Shown: positions 29,935 through 40,300 of the stretch, piece after piece
How positions within the stretch are numbered: the stretch's first letter is position 1
How the letters are laid out: each line of letters starts with the position of its first letter
DNA from: Candidatus Latescibacterota bacterium
GTDB lineage: Bacteria > Latescibacterota > UBA2968 > UBA8231
DNA: 64,000 nucleotides
Assembly (NCBI GenBank): GCA_965204725.1
Contig: OZ242005.1
Span: 5,317,244 to 5,381,243, forward strand
Direction: 5' to 3'
Position numbers and translations under genes: made by a program
The notes under the pieces: generated by a model
The model's input: only the letters and a program-made list of their open reading frames with translations
Database searches by the model: none
What the model was told of the DNA's origin: nothing

Positions 29935-30894
29935 ATGGACGCGACAAACAAAGCAAAAACCATAAACAGAGCAAAAGGCCGAGCCCTTGCTCTACTCATT
30001 GGTTTATCGCTCGTCGCGCTCTTGGAGGCGGCCTTGTGGCTGGTGGGCATCGGCCCGGACGACGCTCTTTTCGCGGCCACCGACTCGTCCTATCGCATCA
30101 ACCCACAGGCCGCCCGACGCTTCTTCCCCCGCCAGTACGTGCGCTTGGCCCCGGGTCAAGATCGCTTTGCCCGCGTGAAAGACGCGCGCACCTTTCGCGT
30201 GTTCGCGCTCGGGGCTTCAACCCTGCTCGGCTTTCCCAATCCCGCCTATACTTCGTTTCCCAACTTCTTGCAACAGATGCTCGCCGATGCGTATCCAGAG
30301 CGCACAATCGAGGTCGTCAACTGCGGCGTCACCGCCATCAATTCCTTCGTCTTGCGCGAATTTGTCGAGGAGGTGGTCGAGCACGAGCCGGATTTGGTCC
30401 TAATCTACGCCGGTCACAACGAGTTCATAGGGCCGTACGGGGCCGCAACTCCGTTTGCGCGCTTGAGCAGCCACGGGGCCTTCATCGAGTTGCAGATGTT
30501 CTTGCAGCGGACCAAAATCTACTACTTGCTCGACAGCCTCCTGCACTCGCTGCGCCCAGCCGCACCCGCCGAGTCCTTTGGCGTCCATCTGGTACAGCGC
30601 GAGATCTACTTGGAGGACGAAGCGCACCGGCAGACCACAGCCCATTACCAGCGCAACATGGCCGAGATGATCGACGTGCTGCGCGAGCGCGCGGTGCCGG
30701 TCGCGCTCTGTACGCTAGTCTCCAATTTGACCGGGTTTATCCCCTGCGCTCGCAGGGACCGGTCCCGCCGCCGGACGCGACGCCCGCGGAGTATCCCCAG
30801 CACGCGGCTTTGCACTTTGCCGCCGGCTTGGCCCACCAAGCGGCCGGGGATTCCGCCCGAGCCCTCGCCGCGTTTGTGCGCGCCCGCGATTTAG
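29935..30894 (+). CDS. Membrane-anchored SGNH/GDSL hydrolase, N-terminal part (frameshift at ~30737)
   Basis: N-terminal TM; LGAST (block I), VNCG (II), YAGHNE (III); similarity ends at VSNLTGF. Confidence 0.72.
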   Translation: MDATNKAKTINRAKGRALALLIGLSLVALLEAALWLVGIGPDDALFAATDSSYRINPQAARRFFPRQYVRLAPGQDRFARVKDARTFRVFALGASTLLGFPNPAYTSFPNFLQQMLADAYPERTIEVVNCGVTAINSFVLREFVEEVVEHEPDLVLIYAGHNEFIGPYGAATPFARLSSHGAFIELQMFLQRTKIYYLLDSLLHSLRPAAPAESFGVHLVQREIYLEDEAHRQTTAHYQRNMAEMIDVLRERAVPVALCTLVSNLTGFIPCARRDRSRRRTRRPRSIPSTRLCTLPPAWPTKRPGIPPEPSPRLCAPAI

Positions 30895-31463
30895 ACGGCA
30901 TTCACCTGCGGGCCTGCTCGCCCTTCAACCGCACCATTCGCGCCTTGGCCGCGGACTCTGGGGCGATCTTGATCGACGTGGAGCAGGCGTTTGCCGCCCA
31001 CGCGCCTGCTGGTTTGGTCGGCGACGCGCTCATCACCGAGTATTTGCATCCCACGGTGTGGGGCCATTACCTGATCGCCCGGACCGCGATGACGACCCTC
31101 TTTGGCCGAGAGGACGCGCTGGGCTTGGCCGGGGGCCGTGCGGATGCCTTGGACGATTTTGCCGGATATTGCCGCCGCTTGGGCTACGGAGTCCGCGAGC
31201 GCGTCTTAGCGCGCAACGACCTAATCCTGTTGCTCAAGAACATGCCGTACGCCGAGCGGCCGCCCATTTTGGAGCAACGGCTCGCGCACCTAGTCGGCGA
31301 GCAGCTAGCCGACCTACCCAAGCTGAGCTACGCACAGATTGCAGATTTTGCCCATCGCGGCGGCGTCCATTTCCTAGCAGCCATCATCGCCGACCTCGCC
31401 AACCCGCAGCCGCTGGCCGACGCGCTAGACGAGCTCATGGGGCCGTTGGGGTTGGCCCCCTAG
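30738..31463 (+). CDS. SGNH hydrolase, C-terminal part of the frameshifted gene
   Basis: YPLRS..., ARDLD..LRA..FN..IR, ITEYLHPTVWGH (block V) in the alternative frame. Confidence 0.65.
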   Translation, partial: YPLRSQGPVPPPDATPAEYPQHAALHFAAGLAHQAAGDSARALAAFVRARDLDGIHLRACSPFNRTIRALAADSGAILIDVEQAFAAHAPAGLVGDALITEYLHPTVWGHYLIARTAMTTLFGREDALGLAGGRADALDDFAGYCRRLGYGVRERVLARNDLILLLKNMPYAERPPILEQRLAHLVGEQLADLPKLSYAQIADFAHRGGVHFLAAIIADLANPQPLADALDELMGPLGLAP

Positions 31464-31476
31464 CGGCAGCCCAAGA

Positions 31477-32487
31477 CTATCCCACCAATTCCTCTCCGTA
31501 GGCGAACAGCAGCGGCGTTCCCCCGGTGTGGACGAAGACGATGTTTTCGCTGGTGCGGAAACGCCCTTGGCGCATCTGATCAATTAGGCAGGCCAATCCC
31601 TTGCCCGAATAAGTGGGATCGACAAAGAGGCCCTCGCGCTGGGCGAGGAGGCGGATGCTGTCGAGCGTGGCGCGGTCTAAGTGGCCGAAGCCCGGGCCGA
31701 CGTACGCATCGGTCACGGCGACGCGCTCCGGGTCGGGCGCGCAGTTGAGGCCGAGGTGAGCGGCGGCCTCTGCGGCGGATTGCGCGATGCGCTCAGACGC
31801 CCCTTCGCGCTGGCTCATTTTGCTCTGAGGTGTGCCGAGGAAGCGGGTCGGCCGGCCCAAGAGGGCAAAGCCAGCCACCAGCCCGGCCAAGCTGGTCCCC
31901 CCGGACCCGATTACCACGTCGTCGGCTTGGATGCCCGCGGCGCACAATTGAGTTTCGATTTCCAATGCACACTGAATGTAGGCAATGCGCGACAACAGCC
32001 CGGACAGGCCGGTGAAAGGCTTGTACCCCTCTTCCTCGAGCCGTTCCACTTCCTCGGCTATGACCGCGCCAACGCCCTCGGGCCGAGCAAAGCGAATGCG
32101 CGCCCCGCACAACTCGTCTAAAAGGTAGTTGCCTTGGGCTGGCGACTTGCGCCCCATGATGGAATCGTCCTCGCGCAGGACGACGACGCCCTTGAGGCCG
32201 AGCTGGGCGCAGGCCGCGGCGAATTGGCGGCAGTGATTGGACTGGACGACCGCGCTCAGCACGGCCGCATCGCACCCTTGGGCCGTGGCCTCGGCAAGGG
32301 TGAATTCGAGGTAGCGGGACTTGTTGCCGCCAAAGGCGAGGCCGGTTAGGTCGTCGCGCTTGATCCATATCTGCGCCCCCCCGAGCGCGGTCGACAGCCG
32401 CGGACAGTGCTGCAAGGGCGTTGGCAGATGCGTCAGGTGGTGGCGAGGCTGCGCGTCGATGGCGCGTTGGATCGCTTGGATGTCCAT
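31477..32487 (-). CDS. D-cysteine desulfhydrase / ACC deaminase family PLP enzyme
   Basis: PTPL, IKRDDLTGLAFGGNK, QSNH, DPTYSGK, HTGG. Confidence 0.92.
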   Translation of the reverse strand: MDIQAIQRAIDAQPRHHLTHLPTPLQHCPRLSTALGGAQIWIKRDDLTGLAFGGNKSRYLEFTLAEATAQGCDAAVLSAVVQSNHCRQFAAACAQLGLKGVVVLREDDSIMGRKSPAQGNYLLDELCGARIRFARPEGVGAVIAEEVERLEEEGYKPFTGLSGLLSRIAYIQCALEIETQLCAAGIQADDVVIGSGGTSLAGLVAGFALLGRPTRFLGTPQSKMSQREGASERIAQSAAEAAAHLGLNCAPDPERVAVTDAYVGPGFGHLDRATLDSIRLLAQREGLFVDPTYSGKGLACLIDQMRQGRFRTSENIVFVHTGGTPLLFAYGEELVG

Positions 32488-32520
32488 GAGAAAAGCTCCT
32501 TGCGCTAAGACCGGAACGCG

Positions 32521-33678
32521 TTATGCCCACAAATGGCGGTGAGCACCAATCCATTCGAGGTGGGCGCGGCGGATGAGGCCGTAGTTGTAGAAGGCGTAGC
32601 CGTGGATGCCGGCTTGACGTAGCGCGGTCAGATGGGTGCCGAGCGCGGTGCCGTCGGCGAATCCTCCGGGGTGGACGATGGCACTGAGGCCGGTATTCGC
32701 TGGGAATTCGTCGCGCAGGGCGCGTGCGTCCGGTGCGCCGCCCACGCCGGCGTTGACCATGTACACATTGCGAAGGACGCGATCCGAATCAAGCCCGTTG
32801 ACGACCCGGTCGCGGCCCCCGAAGAACGAGGCCCGGGCACCGGCTTGGGCGGCGATGGCAACGGCTTCTTCCACCAGCGAGGTCGCTGCTTCGACGCGGG
32901 CGTCAAGCAAGGTCTGCAAGCGGCCGGAAAAGGCGGCGGCTAGGTCCTCGGCACTCGGGGGCTGCATGGCTTCCGGGGTAGGCTCCGCGGCGAGTTCGCG
33001 GGTGAGGTACTCGGCGACATCGGCGCGCAAGCCCTCTCCGTCCAAGCCGAGATCACCGGCCCGCTGCAAGCAGTGCCGACAGTAGCACAACCCCATCAGC
33101 AGCTCGCAAAAGGGCGTGATTTGCACGCCGATTTTGGGATTGCGGAACCCGTAGCTGAAGTGCAAATAGCCCAGCGATTCGAGGTGGAACTCGTCGGGCT
33201 GGAACTGCGCGGCTAGGTCGCGGCAGAGTGCGCGGGCATAGGAGCGCACCAAGGGGCTGGCCGGGCAAAGCTGGGCGAGGTTGATGTGCCCAAAGGGGTC
33301 GCGCTTGGCCGCGTCTGGATAGCGCTGGGGCAGATAGTGGTTGTAGTTGAAGACCAGCCAACTCGTCAGGTCGAGCCCACGCGCTCGGATGGCATCCGCG
33401 ATTCGGCGCATGTAATCCGGGCCATTGACGACGCTGCTGATCAGGGGGGCGATTGGGCTTTCGTCATAAAAAGCGGAGGAAGGCTCGAAGTAGAGCGCGC
33501 CTTCTTCGCCCCAGTAGAGGGGCCGCCGGGGATTGTGCGGCAAAAAATACGTCGATACGTGGTAGCTCTGGGCTAGGCTGACGCTGTTGAGGCCGGCCGT
33601 GTGGGCGATGGTGTCTAGGGCCGCGTCAATGCCCTCGTCCGACAAGTCCCAAGGGTACGTGTATATGGTCGCTCGCAT
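32521..33678 (-). CDS. Hypothetical TIM-barrel (glycoside-hydrolase-like) protein
   Basis: IYTYPWD, SYH, LCPASP, LESLGY, CYCRHC, FYNYG; AAGGAG RBS before ATG 33678. Confidence 0.6.
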   Translation of the reverse strand: MRATIYTYPWDLSDEGIDAALDTIAHTAGLNSVSLAQSYHVSTYFLPHNPRRPLYWGEEGALYFEPSSAFYDESPIAPLISSVVNGPDYMRRIADAIRARGLDLTSWLVFNYNHYLPQRYPDAAKRDPFGHINLAQLCPASPLVRSYARALCRDLAAQFQPDEFHLESLGYLHFSYGFRNPKIGVQITPFCELLMGLCYCRHCLQRAGDLGLDGEGLRADVAEYLTRELAAEPTPEAMQPPSAEDLAAAFSGRLQTLLDARVEAATSLVEEAVAIAAQAGARASFFGGRDRVVNGLDSDRVLRNVYMVNAGVGGAPDARALRDEFPANTGLSAIVHPGGFADGTALGTHLTALRQAGIHGYAFYNYGLIRRAHLEWIGAHRHLWA

Positions 33679-33779
33679 GGGCGCGATCTCCTTGTTTGCA
33701 ATAGTCTTTCCCGAGGAATCCACGGCTGCAACCGACGCATCTCAGGCTCCGACTCGACCGAGTGCTTACAGCCTTCCAA

Positions 33780-33880
33780 GGATCGAGGGCATCTTGCCCT
33801 CGCCGAGGGCGGGACGCCCTCGATCCCGGACGCAGCAGGAACGTCAGAAAATGCCTACGCAACGTAAGTGTCGCGTACTT
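33780..33880. repeat. REP-like doublet and left arm of a 77-bp inverted repeat
   Basis: gatcgagggcatcttgccctcg + cgagggcgggacgccctcgatcc; 33804-33880 is an inverted copy of 35622-35698. Confidence 0.8.
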
Positions 33881-33896
33881 GGGACGGAGTGTTGCG

Positions 33897-35501
33897 TTAC
33901 ATTCCCCAGACCGTGACCGGAGTGCCGCCTTCGGTTTCCTCGCGGCGATATACCTTGTCGTCCCACGACGTGCCCTCGCTCCGGTCGAACAGCACCAAGT
34001 GCCCCTCGGCCGTCGCGCAGCGGTCCATGTAGGCGCGGGTCTGCGCCAGCCCTTCGCGCAGCGTCTGCGCCAACCCCCGATGCAGCACCTTGCACTCAAT
34101 GACCACCTTCTGCGGTTGTCGGCGATCTCCATCCACCGGCCACACCAGCAGCAAATCCGTGCGCCGACGACCCAAGCCATACTCCCGCTCGATGCGCCCG
34201 CCGCTGTTGACGATGCGTTGCAAGAACGCTTGCAGCAGCAACTGCGGTCCGGCCTCCTTGTACTGGAACCGCTCTACCCAGTGCTCGGAATGCTCGCGGA
34301 AAAACTCTTGGAACGCTGTCAGCAACTTGCTCACCTGCAAGCGGCCGTCGTCATCGATGTACCAAGCCGGGTCGTGGTGGATCGACATCTCCTGCGTGGT
34401 CCAGGTGAGCGCACGGGGGATGACCTCGCGGTAGATCGGGTTGGCGATGGCGACAGGGCGGTGCTGCGCGACCAAGCCCAAGTCGCGCACGTACTGTAGG
34501 TCGTCGTCGGCAAACGATCCCGCGTCATCGGCCCCTTTCAGCAGCGGCTCGATCACGCGGCGCACTCGTTCCTCTTGGAGCTTGTCGGTAAGCTGGTCTA
34601 GGTGCGTCTCGCGGCGCAGGATCAACTGCTCGCGGGCGTCTTGGATCGCATCGGCGGTGATCGCCCGGCTGCGGTCGCGCCCGGCCTTGTTCTTGAAACA
34701 GGCTTCGTACGCCAGCGCGTTGACCAGCCACGGCTGGCCTTGGGTCAGCGTCCAGACGTCGTGCCGCGCCGCGTCGGTGAACGCTTGGCCGGTCGCATCG
34801 GTATGCTGTGCCAACAGGGACTCGACGTCGTCGCGGGAAAAATCCCCAAGCCGCAGGGACTCGGCGCGGATGTTGAAGGCACTGCCGCCAGCGATGATGG
34901 CGTTTTCAGCCGAAGACCGGATGCGATAGTCGCGCACGTCGCGCACCCCGCAGAGGATGACGCTTTGGGGGAAGCGGCGCGGTCGGTCGGGGTAGCCAGC
35001 GCGGAGTTGCCGCAGCACCGCCAGCAAGGTGTCGCCGACCAGCGCGTCGATCTCGTCGATCATCAGCACCAGTGGCTTGGCATCCGATTCGGACCAGCGG
35101 GCCAACGTCCCTCGGAGCGCATCGTGCGGACCGAATGCCTCGAAGGTGTCGAGACTAGTCTTTCTCAGGGTCGGGTCGTTCAAAACGTACTCCGCCTCTG
35201 AAGCCATCTGACCAAGTATGGCTCGCATAGCCGCGGGCACATCTTCCCGCGCCGACTGGCCGGTCTCGACGTTCACGTAAGCACAGCGGAACGCGCCGCT
35301 GGCGTTCAGTTCATCCCTCAGTGCCAAGAGTGCCGAGGTCTTGCCCGTCTGACGCGGCGCGTGTAAGACGAAGTACTTCCGCTGCTGGATGAGCAGCAGC
35401 AGATCTTCGACATCGAGCCGCGCCAAGGGCGGGATGTGATAGTGCATATCCGCATCAATGGGACCGGCGGTATTAAAGAAACGCATGGTTGTTGTCGTCA
35501 T
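33897..35501 (-). CDS. AAA-like ATPase with C-terminal PD-(D/E)XK nuclease-like domain (copy 1)
   Basis: FFNTAGP, Walker A APRQTGKTS, Walker B LMIDEID, REY..RTDL..VIECK. Confidence 0.85.
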   Translation of the reverse strand: MTTTTMRFFNTAGPIDADMHYHIPPLARLDVEDLLLLIQQRKYFVLHAPRQTGKTSALLALRDELNASGAFRCAYVNVETGQSAREDVPAAMRAILGQMASEAEYVLNDPTLRKTSLDTFEAFGPHDALRGTLARWSESDAKPLVLMIDEIDALVGDTLLAVLRQLRAGYPDRPRRFPQSVILCGVRDVRDYRIRSSAENAIIAGGSAFNIRAESLRLGDFSRDDVESLLAQHTDATGQAFTDAARHDVWTLTQGQPWLVNALAYEACFKNKAGRDRSRAITADAIQDAREQLILRRETHLDQLTDKLQEERVRRVIEPLLKGADDAGSFADDDLQYVRDLGLVAQHRPVAIANPIYREVIPRALTWTTQEMSIHHDPAWYIDDDGRLQVSKLLTAFQEFFREHSEHWVERFQYKEAGPQLLLQAFLQRIVNSGGRIEREYGLGRRRTDLLLVWPVDGDRRQPQKVVIECKVLHRGLAQTLREGLAQTRAYMDRCATAEGHLVLFDRSEGTSWDDKVYRREETEGGTPVTVWGM

Positions 35502-35621
35502 CTGTCGCCTCCTGTCGAAACGGACTTAGCCCTGAAGCGATGAGACCCGCATTTGTGAATATCGGGCAATTCGCTTGGTTCGGCAGCAATTCAGTGGCAC
35601 ACAGTTTAGTCCGGCAATGCT

Positions 35622-35702
35622 AAGTACGCGACACCTACTTTGCGTCCGCCTTTTCTGCTGTTGCCGATACGTCCGGGATCGAGGGCGGGACGCCCTCGAT
35701 CC
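35622..35702. repeat. REP-like palindrome and right arm of the inverted repeat
   Basis: aagtacgcgacac...cgtccgggatcgagggcgggacgccctcgatcc. Confidence 0.8.
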
Positions 35703-35763
35703 TTAGAAAGTTGGCGGCTAGTGTCGTGTAGTAAGCCGGCAATGATCAGTATCCTTCATCCGC

Positions 35764-37365
35764 TCACATTCCCCAGACCGTGACTGGTGGGCCGCCTTCG
35801 GTTTCCTCGCGGCGATACACCTTATCGTCCCACGACGTGCCCTCGCTCCGGTCGAACAGCACCAAGTGCCCCTCGGCCGTCGCGCAGCGGTCCATGTAGG
35901 CGCGCGTCTGCGCCAGCCCTTCGCGCAGCGTCTGCGCCAACCCCCGATGCAGCACCTTGCACTCAATGACCACCTTTTGCGGTTGGCGGCGATCGCCCCC
36001 CACCGGCCACACCAGCAGCAAATCCGTGCGCCGACGACCCAAGCCATACTCGCGCTCGATGCGCCCACCGCTGTTGACGATGCGCTGCAAGAACGCCTGT
36101 AGCAGCAACTGCGGCCCGGCCTCCTTGTACTGGAACCGCTCCACCCAGTGCTCGGAGTGCTCGCGGAAAAACCCTTGGAACGCCGTCAGCAGCTTGCCCA
36201 CCTGCAAACTGCCGCTGTCATCAATGTACCAAGCCGGGTCGTGATGGATCGACATCTCCTGCGTGGTCCAGGTGAGAGCGCGGGGGATGACCTCGCGGTA
36301 GATCGGGTTGGCGATGGCGACAGGGCGGTGCTGTGCGACCAAGCCCAAGTCGCGCACGTACTGCAGGTCGTCGTCGGCAAACGACCCAACGTCATCGGCC
36401 CCTTTCAGCAGCGGCTCGATCACGCGGCGCACCCGTTCCTCTTGGAGCTTGTCGGTAAGCTGGTCGAGATGCGTCTCGCGGCGCAGGATCAACTGCTCGC
36501 GGGCGTCTTGGATGGCATCGGCAGAGATCGCCCGGCTGCGGTCGCGCCCGGCCTTGTTCTTGAAACAGGCTTCATAAGCCAGCGCATTGACCAGCCACGG
36601 CTGGCCTTGGGTCAGCGTCCAGACGTCGCGCCGCGCCGCGTCGGTGAACGCTTGGCCGGTCGCGGCGGTATGCTGCGCCAGCAGGGCCTCGACGTCATCG
36701 CGGGAAAAATCCCCAAGCCGCAGGGACTCGGCGCGGATGTTGAAGGCACTGCCGCCAGCGATGATGGCGTTTTCAGCCGAAGACCGGATGCGATAGTCGC
36801 GCACGTCGCGCACCCCGCAGAGGATGACGCTCTGGGGGAAGCGGCGCGGGCGGTCGGGGTAGCCAGCGCGGAGTTGCCGCAGCACCGCCAGCAGGGTGTC
36901 GCCGACCAGCGCGTCGATCTCGTCGATCATCAGCACCAGTGGCTTGGCGTCCGACTCGGACCAGCGGGCAAGGGTCTCCCCAAGCGCGTCGTTGGGGCCA
37001 GTGTCGTCGAGAATGCCGCGCCAGATGTCGGCGACGAATAGGTCATCAAGTGCGTGGCGCGCAGCACGAGCCAATGCACTGAGAATGGCCCGGATGGCTG
37101 CGGCCACATCCTCCCGCGCGGCTTGGCCGATCTCGACGTTCACGTAGGCACAGCGGAACTCGCCGCTGGCGTTCAGTTCGTCCCTCAGTGCCAAGAGCGC
37201 CGAGGTCTTGCCCGTCTGACGCGGCGCGTGCAGGACGAAGTACTTCCGCTGCTGGATGAGCAGCAGCAGATCTTCGACATCGAGCCGCGCTAAGGGCGGG
37301 ATGTGATAGTGCATATCCGCATCGATGGGACCGGCAGTATTGAAGAAACGCATAGTTGTCGTCAT
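35764..37365 (-). CDS. AAA-like ATPase with C-terminal PD-(D/E)XK nuclease-like domain (copy 2)
   Basis: Near-identical tandem paralog of 33897-35501 (offset 1867 bp at the 3' end). Confidence 0.85.
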   Translation of the reverse strand: MTTTMRFFNTAGPIDADMHYHIPPLARLDVEDLLLLIQQRKYFVLHAPRQTGKTSALLALRDELNASGEFRCAYVNVEIGQAAREDVAAAIRAILSALARAARHALDDLFVADIWRGILDDTGPNDALGETLARWSESDAKPLVLMIDEIDALVGDTLLAVLRQLRAGYPDRPRRFPQSVILCGVRDVRDYRIRSSAENAIIAGGSAFNIRAESLRLGDFSRDDVEALLAQHTAATGQAFTDAARRDVWTLTQGQPWLVNALAYEACFKNKAGRDRSRAISADAIQDAREQLILRRETHLDQLTDKLQEERVRRVIEPLLKGADDVGSFADDDLQYVRDLGLVAQHRPVAIANPIYREVIPRALTWTTQEMSIHHDPAWYIDDSGSLQVGKLLTAFQGFFREHSEHWVERFQYKEAGPQLLLQAFLQRIVNSGGRIEREYGLGRRRTDLLLVWPVGGDRRQPQKVVIECKVLHRGLAQTLREGLAQTRAYMDRCATAEGHLVLFDRSEGTSWDDKVYRREETEGGPPVTVWGM

Positions 37366-37387
37366 CTGTCGCGACTCCTTACAGGTC

Positions 37388-40300
37388 TCAGTTGAGTTTC
37401 AGTTTGTCGGACACTTCAGCGAGTAGCGCATTGATCTCTTCCACAGCCGCCGGGTCGGGCGCGGTTTCTCCCCCGAACTCAATGCGGACATTGAACTTGA
37501 GGGCATTGCCGACAGCGGCCTTGGTAATGCTTGGAATCTGATCGGCCAAGTCTTGGATGCCGTTGGCTTCGAGGACACCTTCGGCCATGAGGAGTCCCCG
37601 TGGCTTAGGTGCCGGAAGCTCCTCGCGTACTGTGGAGGGCACTTGGAGGATCACCTGTTGGGCACCAGCCAAGTCGCACGGCCACGCGGTGCTATCATTG
37701 CTCAGCTCGATCCAGCGCGCCCGGATACCATCTTCTATTGCCGACTGCACCGTGGACCACGGCAAATTGACGTCCCGCTTGGTCGAGAGCGCAGTGGCGA
37801 GGGCGAGGGCGTTGGTCTTGCTATCTTTCCAAGCATTGGGAAGCGACTTAGCCATCAACTCGTCCACGGCAATCCGCTCGGGCGGCGGCCTCAATATGGC
37901 AGCGGCACTGAGTACGCCAGCAGGGACTGGCTCCTTCAGGATTGAGGCCGGTCCGCTCGTCAACCACACTAGCCCCTGTTCAACGGCTTGTGCGATTGCG
38001 GCCTCGACCTCCGCTGGTTCGCATTTCGGGATTGTTAAAATCTCTTCGTAGCCTTCCCTAGGCACACTCACGGTGTGGCCGCCAGCGAAATAGTCGTACA
38101 CACCTTGGACGCTGATCTCCGCAGCCGACCAAAGCCCGGGGAGTTTTTGATACCCGAGCAAATCGGGCGCGAGGTCGCTCAGGGTGGCCGCTTCGGGTAG
38201 CAGCACCTCCAAGCCTGAGTCCTTGAGGGCTGGCTCCTCAATAGCCGTGCGCCAGAATGTCCTAGCGGTGTGGTCTGGGCGGGCGACCCGCGCCACCCAG
38301 ATTCCCTGCTGGACTCCTTGGACGACCGTATCCAGAATCTCCTTCTGGCGCAGCATCTTGGGCAGCTTGGGGAACTGGGCGAAGGCCCCGACCAGATCCT
38401 TGACGCGGCGGGCGTCCTCCCCTTCGCGCCACAAGTCGTAGGGGCCGCCCGGCATCATGGCCTCTGAACTGATGGCGGTTTCCTGAATGCGCGCTCGCGG
38501 ATCGGCCTTGATGGTAGTGAACAAGGGTTCGTCGGTCACCACGACTTTGAAGGCGTGGACTTCATTGCGCTCGTTGACGGTGACCACCACGGAGTACGCT
38601 TGCCTGATAGCCTCCGGGACGCGCTTTCTCGCCGACTCTGTTTCATGGGTGAGCATCTGCTCGCGGATTGGATCAATCGGCTGGTTCTTGAGTTGGTCGC
38701 GGACTTCCTCCCAACCGAGATACTCCCGCATCCGGGTGCGCGCTGCATCAAGACCGTCCCTAGAAGGAACGGCGAGGACGATGGCGTTGCGATAGACGCG
38801 GGGGCGGTCCGGCGCGGTCGTCTCGTCGATGAACCGCTTGGCTTCGGCGCTTGGCTTGCCAGACTCCGAGGCCGCTTGCGGACCGAGGATGCCGTAGTGG
38901 AACGCGCCGTCGTCCGCGATGTCGCGTGGTCTTTGCGGCAGGTTGTGGACCTTTGCGCCGGCCGCAGACGCGCCCGACGTGAGCATCTTCTGTTTCTCAA
39001 TGGCACTGATGATCTGTGATTCCACGAGGGGGGTCGGTACTCGGGTGTTGCAGGCGTCGTGGTGCATCTGCCGCAGGTTGGGACGATTGCCCAGCCGCCA
39101 TGCCTTTCCCGTGGCGACCTCCACCTCGTCGAGAAACCAAGACAACTCCGTCCAGCGCCGCAGGGCCTTCTCTAGTTCTATTTTGTCCAGATGGGCCGCT
39201 CCGATCAGCACCATCAACTCCTGAGTCAAAATTTTGTGCCCAATGGGCTGGGAACTCAGAAATACCGCAATGACCGCCTGCTCCATCTGCCGGTGGCTCA
39301 GACCGGTTGCCTCGGATTGAATGGTGTGCGCCTTGGCCAACTCGCCTTCGAGAATCGGCCGCCATGCTTGGTGCTTGCCGGTGTCTGTGTCAACGCTGGC
39401 AAAGGAAGCAAGCTCCCCGGCGGCTTCGGCCAAGCCGTTCTTTTTCGGGTCGTTCAAAAACACATTCGGCCCGACCAGCGGGCTCGTGTCCCACTTCTCG
39501 GCATCGCGCAGGGCAATGGCAAATGTCCGCAGGATGCCTCGGGTGCGCTGGAAGCCGTTGAGTTGGGTCCAGCGGGTGTAAAAAATATCCGTGAGGTCTG
39601 GGTGAAAGGGATAGCTGCTCAGATAGCGTTCTTCCGCGCTCGCCCGCTCTTTTTGGGTCTGCTCGTCGAGCGCGGCGATGCTGCCCACGACCGCAGTGAC
39701 GTGCGGGCGGAAAACGCTTGGATCGCGAATGGACTCAGGCTTGAAAAAGCGTCGCCGCAGCACCTCGGCCACGTCCTCCTTGCCCACCGGACTGGCGTCT
39801 TCTTCCGTCTGGCGGCCAAAGACTTCGGACATGTCGCGCAGCAACTCGTTGCCAAAGTCGTCGTGCTTCCTTGGATCGGAGGCGAGCAGCGAGGCCACCA
39901 TGGCGCAACGGTCCACTTTTACGACCGCTTGGGTGAGGTACTGAAAAAAGCTGATCAAGTGCCCGCGCACCTCTGGATCGGCTTCGACCTGAGCGCGGAT
40001 ATACATCAATACCTCGTCGAGCAGCACCAGCGTCGAGAGATCGTCTTGTTGCGGCTTTGATAGCAACTCTGCTACCAGCGGTTCGGCCGGCGGAGTGCCG
40101 CGCTCGGCGTCTTTGCCGTCGGCGTGGATGAGTCTGAGACCATCGGCCCCGGCCAGTTGAAAGGCGAGAATGCTCCACGGATGCTTGAGCATCCTGACCG
40201 TGCCGTCGGGACTTGGCGTCTCAACGCCTTTCTCTAGGTCAATTTTGTCAAAGCACAGTGCTGCGACCCGGGCCTTGGGGGCCTTGAAGCCGATATGTGC

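Noticed and set aside
29925-30737. 5' part of the 512-aa ORF 29925-31463
   Set aside because: Arg/Pro-rich off-frame translation; only the part after ~30738 is protein-like
35105-37132. Diversity-generating retroelement VR/TR in the AAA paralogs
   Set aside because: Differences are not adenine-specific and no reverse transcriptase is present
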